Assembly: GCA_011523565.1 (NCBI GenBank)
Contig: WTGL01000072.1
Coordinates: 1,914 to 57,342, forward strand
Length of the DNA: 55,429 nt
Direction: 5' to 3'
Source of the DNA: Acidobacteriota bacterium
GTDB taxonomy: Bacteria; Acidobacteriota; Thermoanaerobaculia; Multivoradales; Multivoraceae
The translations under genes and the position numbers were made by a program. Every line of letters begins with the position of its first letter. The stretch's first letter is position 1. Positions 35,015-42,804 of the stretch are shown one piece after another. The notes under the pieces were generated by a model that was not told the DNA's origin, searched no databases, and worked only from the letters and a program-made list of their open reading frames with translations.

Positions 35015-35227
35015 ATGGCGCAGCAGTGGCAGGACTGGTGGAATCAGGCTCAGTACGACCTGAAGCACGCTGCAGCCGCGCGGTATCCGAACGGCCACGA
35101 GGAAGGAGCGCCGTTCGAGCACTACGGTCCGATTCACAGCGAACTGGGGATTCCGTCTTGCCGGTCACATCCACGACTTCGTCGGTCAAGCGCTGGCCGA
35201 GCTCTGAGACGGTCCTCGATGCCCTGA
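35015..35227 (+). pseudogene. HEPN-domain gene remnant with an internal deletion and a frameshift
   Basis: An N-terminal HEPN-like MAQQWQDWWNQAQYDLKHAAAA is joined directly to the C-terminal ARYPNGHEEGAPFEHY block. The expected tail (...AGHIHDFVGQALAEL) is readable only in another frame. Confidence 0.5.
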
Positions 35228-35235
35228 ACGCCTAG

Positions 35236-35553
35236 GGCGCGGCAGCCGCCAGACGCCGGGACGACCTGCTCGCTCTCGGCTACTTCGGCTCCGTCGCTCG
35301 TGGCGACGCAGGCTTCGGCAGCGACCTGGACCTGATTCTCATCGTCGCGTCCGATGGCCGCCCGTCGATGGAGCGAGCGATCGACTGGCGAACGGACTCC
35401 CTCCCGGTTCCAACCGACCTGATCGTCTACACAAAGGACGAGTGGCGACGCCTCCAGGCAGGCGGCGGCCGATTTGCACGTACGCTGCAGGAAGAAGCGC
35501 GGTGGCTCTGGAACAGCGTCCCGTCCCGTGCGGCGAAGGTGGGCCGGCGCTAG
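35236..35553 (+). pseudogene. MNT-type nucleotidyltransferase gene interrupted by an in-frame TAG
   Basis: LLALGYFGSVARGDAGFGSDLDLILIV is the NTase signature. The frame continues upstream (...ETVLDALNA) across the TAG at 35233-35235, and there is no plausible start after the stop. Confidence 0.5.
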
Positions 35554-35747
35554 CGAGCGGGCCAGTGTCGGGACACTGTTCGCGAGTCGGGCTGGGGAGG
35601 CTGACCATCACCGAGCCTCGCAGCTTCCGGTGAAGGCCGGGCATGACGCGCGGGAGAGGTGGGAAGCAGGCACCCCATCGAAGGCGCGACCGAGTTCGCC
35701 CCCATCATCGCTCCTGCCGGAGCGAAGCATGCCGTCAGCCTGTTCGC

Positions 35748-38700
35748 CTACCGTCGACAGGCATCCGGGAACGCCCTGGTATCAGTGATCGCATTCGCCG
35801 GCTTGCCCGGGCTCTTCGCATACGTCCACGTCGCGTTGGTTTCCGTGTCGGTCACCCGGATGCGGAATCCGAGATCCGTCGCAGACGCAGCAAACACCCA
35901 GTGCTGTCCGTTCACCGCGCAACCGTCCAGTACCTTGATCAGCATCTCCCAGTTCCTTGGATCGAAGAACGAGTAGAGCCCCGAATCCGTCGTACCCACC
36001 GGCACGCGGCGAGCGGATTTGTAGTCGCCGCCCGACGTTCGCCACAACACCCTGACCCGATAGCGCCCATCCTGGAGACAGAGGATCGACGACGAGTTCA
36101 TGCACTCGCCGCTCACAGGTTGAGCCACGGCGACACCGAAGTCGACTTCCTCCGGCCAGGACACGGCATCCCCCACGCTCCGATTCTCAGGCGGGTCGAA
36201 CGTAGCCAGATACCCAGCAACAGCAGAAGAACTGGCGCTGCAGCTCCTCGGAAACGCCTTACTGTCCGTAATCGCGGGCGCCGGCTTGCCCGGTCGATTC
36301 CGATACACCTTCACGCGGCCCGTCACCGTGTCCGTCACGCTGATCGAGTAGCCGAGGTTCGTCGTCGAAGCGCCGTATACCCATACATGGCCGTTCACCG
36401 AACACCCATCCAGTACCTTGATGAGAACCTCCCAGTTCTCCCGCCCGAAGAACCAGAACAGCCCCGAGTCGTTGGTTCCGGCGTAGGCCACTTTCGCCTG
36501 CCCTCGCCTACCATCGGCCGTTAGCCACCGGGCACGTACCCTGTAGCGCGAATCTCCAAGACACAGCGTCTCCTTGCCAGGCTCGCACGTGCCGGCCGGA
36601 TCGCTCGACTCCACCAGGAACGTCCGCGACGTCGCAGACTCGCGGGAACCATCGCTCACCCACAGCGTCACGTCATAGAAACCCGGCTCCGACCAGCTAT
36701 GGTCGACTCTAGGCCGGTTCGACTCGACGCCGTCGCCAAAGGCCCATCGACGGGACGCCACGAAGCCCGTGCTGATGTCCGTGAAGCGGACCTTCTCCCC
36801 GGTCGCTACCCGGCACAACTCGCTGTCGCAGACAATACCGCTCACCTCTATCTCGGACGCAAGAGGCGCAAAGCAAGGGAAAGCGAACTTGTCATTCCGG
36901 GCTTCAGCTACCTCTCCTGAGCCGTTCGTGTGTGCCCACCGCTCACCCTTCGGGTTTTCCACGTACAAGTTGAATGCCCGTAGCGTAGCTGGGGCCACGT
37001 ACACCCAACGATGACCGTTCACGCTACAGCCATCGATCACCTTGACCAGCGCCTCCACGGTGTTGCGGTCGGAGAAGTAGAGCAGGCCCATCCGGCTGGA
37101 GTCCAGCCCCCAGTCCCGGGCATCGCGAACTTCGCCCTTGTCCGTCTCGTAGCACATGCTGACCGTGTAGCCGCCGCGCAGCGTCAGTGAGGGACCGTCG
37201 GGCTCACAGTCCGTTTTCGCCCCGGGACTCAGCGGCGTCGCCGATACAGGCGACACGTCGGGCAGTGGCGTGTCGTCTGACGAGAAACCCCTCTCGCTTC
37301 CCTTGTCCAGGGAGGCCCTAGCAGCCTCAATCTCTGCAGTCGTACATGGAAACGCCGTCGTGTCGCTCACGGTGCGCGCCGTCCGGTCCTTCCGGTTGCC
37401 GACCATGTCGCCCAAGGTGCGCCGAATCCGGTCCTGCGCCCGACGTTCCGAGTCGTAGTACCAGACCTGTCTCCTGTTCTCGATGTAGGGGCCTGACTCC
37501 CGAATCTCGAGCCGGAACGGCAGAGTCGTGACCGGAGCCACGAACACCCAGCGGTGGCCGCTAGTTGCGCAGTTGTCCAGCACGTTGACCAGAATCTCGG
37601 CGTCGTCCCGGTCGGAGAAGTAGAGGAGTCCCGACTGGTCTGCCTCGAGTTGGTAGTCCCAGGCCCGCCGCCGGGCGCCGTCAGCAGTCTCCAGGCAGGC
37701 CCAGACCTGGTAGCCGTCCAGATCGATTCCTGTTTCCCGGTGGAGGCAGTCCGTGATCTCTCCGGATGGGGTTGGCTCCGGGTGCGGTCCCGGCATGAAC
37801 TCCAGATCGAAAGTCTCGCTAGCGTTCCACCCCTTGTCGTTGTACGCAACGACGACGAACGAGTAGCGGCCACTCTCGGCCCTACCGGGAAGCCAGTCCC
37901 CGTCCTCGGTCTTGTAGTAGTCCGTGACCGCAGGCTCATCCTCGGCCAAGAGGCCGTCCACGTCCACGTACCGGGTACGCGCTGGCAGCGGTTCACCGAA
38001 GCGACTCCAGACCTCGTCCGGCTCCTCGCCGGACCACTTGCGGTACCAGACCTCGTAGCCGTCCTCGACACTGGAGTTGTCGCGCCAGTGCAGGCGGACA
38101 CTGTCGGGGCCGGTCACACGAGCGCCGAGCTGGGTCGCCGCAGCCGGCGAACCGGAGACGCGGCCACGCGGTTTCAGGTGGAACACTTCGCTAACCAACG
38201 CAATCGTCCGTGTCTCCGTATCGGGGTCCCAAAAGTTGGGACCCTCAACCGCAATCCTGTAGCTGCCGCCAGGCCGCAAGCCCGCTATATCGACGCCTAC
38301 CTGAGAGCCGTTGGCCCTGACGATCGGTGTAACGTTGCCGTCGGACCACCGATAGGTGTCGTTGGCCCCCCCCACCAGTACCACGCGTACGTTGCCACTT
38401 TCCTGAGAACGCCAGTCCCCCGACCAGGCCACTCGCACCGTGTCACGACTCGTCCAGCGGGCTCCGGTCACCCGACGGGGATACTGCCGGGCCCTGTAGG
38501 GCACCTGACCACTAACCACCGCCACAGGAACCGTCTCGTAGAACAGGCGTTCGACCTCGCTCGTCCCCGCGACCCCGATCGTCCAGCCGTTCGGCTTGTG
38601 CCTGACCGAGGAGTAGAAGGGTTCCGTTTCGTAGAAACGCGTGGGGTCGTCAAACGTCTCCTGGCCATAGCTCATGATCGTCGCCGGACAAAGTAACCAG

Positions 38701-39842
38701 TCGCCAGACCCTCTCCGTTTGGCGCACGAGGTCATGTCCGTGTGGCCGAAGCGGTAAGGCCTGAAGCTGCTGGATTGGTACTCCTCAAATCCGTCGCCGA
38801 ACGTCACCGGTTCATGGTGCCCACCGAGGTTGTGGCCGATCTCGTGAGCGAACACCCACCCTGATGGCACGGACCAGCCGGTCAGCACGTACGGATCAAG
38901 GCTGAAGCGCAGGGCGCCCTGGCCGGCTGCGCCAGGTGCTCTCACATCCGGAATGAAGTGAATCAGATCCGGCCTGTGGCGCTTCCGGAGGCTCGCGACC
39001 TCCGGACTGTCCCTCAGTTCCCAGTGCCAGACTCGTCCGACGGAGAACCGGCGCAGGAAGTGGAACCCCTGCGTCCGTGGGTGGTTCGCGAGCTTGGGGT
39101 CCCAACGCACTGGGATCAGGTTCGCGGTCTCCTTGATCGCTCCGTTGCGAAGCACCATGTTCAGGTAGTCGGCGAGTTGCCGGACGCCCACCGCGGTACC
39201 GCCGATCGCCCGCCAGTACCGCTCGGTTCCACTTGTGTAGAGCGTAAGGATGTCCAGGCGGTCGTCGCTCGATTGTGAGGCCACTGATACTTGGCGATCC
39301 GCCGTCGCGGCAACATCACGCACCAGGTCGCTCCCCGGACCGGCCTCGACACCACACCAGTCGCCGGCCGGCCCGACTTCCTGGGCCAGCGAGCCGCGCC
39401 CGTCCGGGTCGGCGTAGACGACGTACTTCGGCCCTCCTGGCTCCCCGAACCACCCCACAAGATGCCCGTCCTGGACGGTGAACAGCACGCTTTCGTAGCC
39501 CGCTCCCGGCACTTCGCCGGTCCACATCAGGTTGCCGCCTCCCCGGTCCTCGAACACCGCGTTCTCGGCCTCAACAACCGAGCCGTCCGGCAGCGGGAAC
39601 TCCAGGTAGCCCATACCGAGGCGCAGGTAGTCGTAGGTGACCTGCACGGTCGCCGCTTCGACGGACGGCGCGCCGGCGGCCGCGGAGCTGATCGCCGTGC
39701 CGTCCATCACGATCGGCGTAGCCGGCTGGAGTGCAACTTCCTCGATGTTCCAGAGCTGCTGGGCCGAGCTCGCGGCGGGCAGGGCCAGCAGGGTGATCAG
39801 TCCCAGAGTGGCTCCGGTCAAGGCGGGAGTGCATGGGGTCAT
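35748..39842 (-). CDS. Giant secreted metzincin (reprolysin-like) multidomain protein: protease, Fn3-like domains, 2 Cys-framed modules, PKD, then 2 more Cys-framed modules
   Basis: Signal peptide ...LLALPAASSAQQ. Zinc motif FAHEIGHNLGGHH (HExxHxxGxxH). Fn3-like VTGPDSVRLHWRDNSSVEDGYEVWY. PKD segment VRFTDISTG...WAFGDG...HSWSEPGFYDVTLWVSDG. Four ~115-aa repeats. Confidence 0.85.
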   Translation of the reverse strand: MTPCTPALTGATLGLITLLALPAASSAQQLWNIEEVALQPATPIVMDGTAISSAAAGAPSVEAATVQVTYDYLRLGMGYLEFPLPDGSVVEAENAVFEDRGGGNLMWTGEVPGAGYESVLFTVQDGHLVGWFGEPGGPKYVVYADPDGRGSLAQEVGPAGDWCGVEAGPGSDLVRDVAATADRQVSVASQSSDDRLDILTLYTSGTERYWRAIGGTAVGVRQLADYLNMVLRNGAIKETANLIPVRWDPKLANHPRTQGFHFLRRFSVGRVWHWELRDSPEVASLRKRHRPDLIHFIPDVRAPGAAGQGALRFSLDPYVLTGWSVPSGWVFAHEIGHNLGGHHEPVTFGDGFEEYQSSSFRPYRFGHTDMTSCAKRRGSGDWLLCPATIMSYGQETFDDPTRFYETEPFYSSVRHKPNGWTIGVAGTSEVERLFYETVPVAVVSGQVPYRARQYPRRVTGARWTSRDTVRVAWSGDWRSQESGNVRVVLVGGANDTYRWSDGNVTPIVRANGSQVGVDIAGLRPGGSYRIAVEGPNFWDPDTETRTIALVSEVFHLKPRGRVSGSPAAATQLGARVTGPDSVRLHWRDNSSVEDGYEVWYRKWSGEEPDEVWSRFGEPLPARTRYVDVDGLLAEDEPAVTDYYKTEDGDWLPGRAESGRYSFVVVAYNDKGWNASETFDLEFMPGPHPEPTPSGEITDCLHRETGIDLDGYQVWACLETADGARRRAWDYQLEADQSGLLYFSDRDDAEILVNVLDNCATSGHRWVFVAPVTTLPFRLEIRESGPYIENRRQVWYYDSERRAQDRIRRTLGDMVGNRKDRTARTVSDTTAFPCTTAEIEAARASLDKGSERGFSSDDTPLPDVSPVSATPLSPGAKTDCEPDGPSLTLRGGYTVSMCYETDKGEVRDARDWGLDSSRMGLLYFSDRNTVEALVKVIDGCSVNGHRWVYVAPATLRAFNLYVENPKGERWAHTNGSGEVAEARNDKFAFPCFAPLASEIEVSGIVCDSELCRVATGEKVRFTDISTGFVASRRWAFGDGVESNRPRVDHSWSEPGFYDVTLWVSDGSRESATSRTFLVESSDPAGTCEPGKETLCLGDSRYRVRARWLTADGRRGQAKVAYAGTNDSGLFWFFGRENWEVLIKVLDGCSVNGHVWVYGASTTNLGYSISVTDTVTGRVKVYRNRPGKPAPAITDSKAFPRSCSASSSAVAGYLATFDPPENRSVGDAVSWPEEVDFGVAVAQPVSGECMNSSSILCLQDGRYRVRVLWRTSGGDYKSARRVPVGTTDSGLYSFFDPRNWEMLIKVLDGCAVNGQHWVFAASATDLGFRIRVTDTETNATWTYAKSPGKPANAITDTRAFPDACRR
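39317..39764 (-). repeat. Inverted-repeat arm (N-terminal coding region of the metzincin paralogs)
   Basis: About 85% nucleotide identity by eye to 42889-43339 on the opposite strand. Example: ACCGTGCAGGTCACCTACGACTACCTGCGCCTCGG versus ACCGTGCAGGTGGTGTACGACTACCTGCGGCTCGG. Confidence 0.8.
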
Positions 39843-39918
39843 GGGGGCTTCTTCGTGTAGTTCACGACCAGGCGGTGCGCGTTGGAGAGCGCAGAGTAGG
39901 ACGCCAAAGCGAACCAGG

Positions 39919-39946
39919 CGTGAACTTGCGTGTCAGAAATGTGAAC
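39919..39946 (-). promoter_or_regulatory. Conserved 28-bp element with two GTTCACG-type direct repeats 21 bp apart (site A), 77-104 bp upstream of the 35748-39842 gene
   Basis: Minus strand reads GTTCACATTTCTGACACGCAAGTTCACG, which is 23/28 identical to site B at 42500-42527. Homology continues through TTCGCTT. Confidence 0.55.
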
Positions 39947-40026
39947 GGCCTACCCGCCGGGGCAGTCCGGGGCCGCAATGAGCGCAGCCGTCGATAGTCC
40001 AGCAGGGGCTACTCGGCCCTCGCGGT

Positions 40027-42471
40027 CTAGCCTTCGCCGAAACTCATGCGATAGCCGACGCCGCGCTCGTTCAAGATGTAGCCCCCTCCGCTCCCAGCGT
40101 CGCCCAGCTTCCGGCGGAGCTTCTTGACGAAGGTGCGCACCAGCTTCCGGTTGCCGGTATCCCGCCCGCTCCAGACCCTGCGCAACAGGTAGTCGTAGGT
40201 CGACACGCGCTCGCCGTTGGCCGCCAGCGCCCGGAACAGTTCGAACTCGGTGGCCGTGAGGTCCACCGGAGCGCCGGCGACAGTGACGCGCCGCCGCTCG
40301 TAGTCGATGGTCAGGTCTCCCACAACGAGAGGAGCCGCGCTGGCGCGTTTTCGCAGCGCGGCCCGCACTCGCGCGACCAGCTCCGTGGCCGAAAAGGGCT
40401 TGACGATGTAGTCCGCGGCGCCGAACTCCAGGGCGCGGGCGATCGTCTCGTCCCTGCCGTAGGCAGAGATGAAGATGACGGGCAAGTCCGCCATCTGGGG
40501 AAGGCGCTCCATCAGTTCGACGCCGTCCGTACCCGGAAGGATGAGGTCCAGCAGGATCAGCTTCGGCCCCTCGGACTCGATGATGCGGGGGATCTCGTCC
40601 GGGTCGGCGCTAACGAGGGGGGCGTAGCCGCCTCCGATCAGGGCGTCGCGAACGTACCGGAGGATCTGGGGGTCGTCGTCGACCACCAGAATCGGCTCCC
40701 GGTCGCGCCTTCGCCCGGACGAGCGGACCGCCCGGTCCCTGGCCGGGCCGGCGGCGCCCGTCGCGGCGCCCTCCGCCACGGGAAGCGTAAAGCTGATCCG
40801 CGTCCCCTGGTGCAGCCCCCTGCTCTCGGCCCGGATCCGCCCTCCATGCGCTTCCACCAGCCCCTTGCAGATGGCGAGCCCCAGGCCATGGCCCGTCGCC
40901 CCGCGCTCCCGATCCCGGGTACCCAGTGCCGTGTACTTCCGGAAAAGGTGCGGAAGCCGGCCCGGAGGTACGCCCTCACCCTCGTCCGACACCGAGACTT
41001 CCACGAGCATGCCGTCTACCCTTGCCTCGACGCTGATCGCCGAGGATTCGGACGAGTGCCTCGCGGCGTTCGAGAACAGGTTGTTCAGGACCTGAACGAC
41101 GCGGCGCCTGTCCGCCATCACGCGCGGCAGGTCCTGCGGCAGATCGATCCGGATGGCGTGGCGACCTCCTCCGCTCAGGAAGGTGCTCCGGGCGCCGTCC
41201 ACCAGGCTGGCCACATCCATCGGCTGGGGGTTGACCGACAGATTGCCCGCCTCGATGCGCCCCGCGTCCAGCAGGTCGCTGATCAGGCCGTCCATGTGAT
41301 CGGCCTGCTGATCGATGATCCGGAGAAACTGGAGCCATTCGGCCCGCTCCATGTCCGCAGACCTGCCGAGCACGGTCGTCGTCGAACCCTTGATCGAGGT
41401 CAACGGCGCGCGCAGCTCGTGGCTCACGATGCCAAGAAACTCGGCTCGCTGCCGCTCGAGTTCCTCGAGCGGCGCCAGGTCCTGCATCGTGACGACCACG
41501 GACTCCACCGCCCCGTCACCTGAGCGAATCGGCGTGGAGTTGACCAGCGTCGTCACGCTGCGGCCATCGGCGACCGAAAGGGTGATCTCCTCGAAACGAA
41601 CGGTCTCCGCCGTGCTCAGCTCCCGCGCGAGCAGAAACTCGCCGGCTGCGATCTCGTGACCGTCCGCCCGCCGGAGCGACACGAGCTCGAGCAGTTCTTC
41701 CGGGGAACCGTCGGGGAGCTGAAGACCCGAGAAGATCCGCCTGGCCTCCCGGTTCAGCGACGTGACTTTGCCGGTCTGCGCATCGAGAACCGCGACTCCT
41801 ACGGGGGAGGTGTCGACGAGCGCTTCCAGGTCGGCCCGGGTTCGCTGCTCCTCCCGGTGGGTGCGCGCGTTCGCGATAGCGACCGCCGCCTGACCAGCGA
41901 ACAGGAGCAGAACCTCTTCGTCCTCCGGCGTGAACTCGAGGCCGCCTTCCTTCTCGGCGAGACAGAAGTAGCCGACATCGGCATCCCGGTAGCGCATCAG
42001 CGTGCCCTGGAACGTCATCGGCCGGATGATCTCCGAGAAGCGACCGAGCGCCTCGACGTACGGCGGCATCTGCTTCTCCGTCATCACGCCCGGATGACTG
42101 CGCAGCAGATCGAACAGCCTCGGTCCTTCCGGCCACTCACTCATACGGCGGTGTTCCTCGGCCGTGGCGCCGGACGTCACGAAGTCCTCGGGGCCGCCGG
42201 AGTCGTCGAGGCTCACGATCGCGCCGTATCGGGCGCCGGTGAGCTCCCGCGCGCTCTCCACGATCTCCTCCAGGACCGTCCCCACCTCGAGGCTGGCGTT
42301 GATCCGCAGGGCGGCCGCGCTCAACCTGGACATCCGTTCCCGCAACATCCTGTTGTCTCGCTTCATTTCGTCGATATTCACTGGCCCTCGTCCTTCCTGG
42401 AGCGTGGCGCCTGAACCAGCGGACGCTCGCTGCCGCCCCCGGTCGATTATGGCCGTTTCCGTGAACGCCAA
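40027..42471 (-). CDS. Hybrid sensor histidine kinase fused to a complete OmpR-type response regulator (GAF-PAS-HisKA-HATPase_c-REC-wHTH)
   Basis: H-box IVSHELRAPLTSIKG. N and G boxes NLFSNAARHS and GHGLGLAICKGLVEAHGG. REC ILVVDDDPQIL...LILLDLILPGTDG...KPF. wHTH LTATEFELFRALAANGERVSTYDYLLRRVW...NERGVGYRM. The start is uncertain: TTG at 42471 or ATG at 42366. Confidence 0.85.
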   Translation of the reverse strand: MAFTETAIIDRGRQRASAGSGATLQEGRGPVNIDEMKRDNRMLRERMSRLSAAALRINASLEVGTVLEEIVESARELTGARYGAIVSLDDSGGPEDFVTSGATAEEHRRMSEWPEGPRLFDLLRSHPGVMTEKQMPPYVEALGRFSEIIRPMTFQGTLMRYRDADVGYFCLAEKEGGLEFTPEDEEVLLLFAGQAAVAIANARTHREEQRTRADLEALVDTSPVGVAVLDAQTGKVTSLNREARRIFSGLQLPDGSPEELLELVSLRRADGHEIAAGEFLLARELSTAETVRFEEITLSVADGRSVTTLVNSTPIRSGDGAVESVVVTMQDLAPLEELERQRAEFLGIVSHELRAPLTSIKGSTTTVLGRSADMERAEWLQFLRIIDQQADHMDGLISDLLDAGRIEAGNLSVNPQPMDVASLVDGARSTFLSGGGRHAIRIDLPQDLPRVMADRRRVVQVLNNLFSNAARHSSESSAISVEARVDGMLVEVSVSDEGEGVPPGRLPHLFRKYTALGTRDRERGATGHGLGLAICKGLVEAHGGRIRAESRGLHQGTRISFTLPVAEGAATGAAGPARDRAVRSSGRRRDREPILVVDDDPQILRYVRDALIGGGYAPLVSADPDEIPRIIESEGPKLILLDLILPGTDGVELMERLPQMADLPVIFISAYGRDETIARALEFGAADYIVKPFSATELVARVRAALRKRASAAPLVVGDLTIDYERRRVTVAGAPVDLTATEFELFRALAANGERVSTYDYLLRRVWSGRDTGNRKLVRTFVKKLRRKLGDAGSGGGYILNERGVGYRMSFGEG

Positions 42472-42499
42472 CAGGATTCCTCTAAGGCAACTCCCAAGA

Positions 42500-42527
42500 G
42501 TTCACGATTCCGACATGAAAGTTCACG
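42500..42527 (+). promoter_or_regulatory. Conserved 28-bp element (site B) in the divergent region between the hybrid kinase gene and the 42805-46650 gene
   Basis: GTTCACGATTCCGACATGAAAGTTCACG. An inverted half-site CGTGAAC lies at 42460-42466. Confidence 0.55.
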
Positions 42528-42804
42528 ACAGATTCGCTTGAATGGCCTACCCTAAGTGGAATAGTCCGTGTTTCTGTCAAGAGGCCACAGGAGACGTGTC
42601 CGGTTCGCAGACTTTGCTCTTGCAGCATTGGCGGTGGCAGTTGGAGTGTTACTGGCAGCTGCCGCTCTTGTGTTGATCTACTACTGGGTCATCGCCTCCT
42701 GACTTCCGTGGCGGCGCCTCCTAGCTACCTCGACAAGAGCGCGTGCCGGGGGTAACCCCTCGTGGGCTGCACTTGGAACTCGAACCCGAAACGGAGGCGA
42801 CCCC

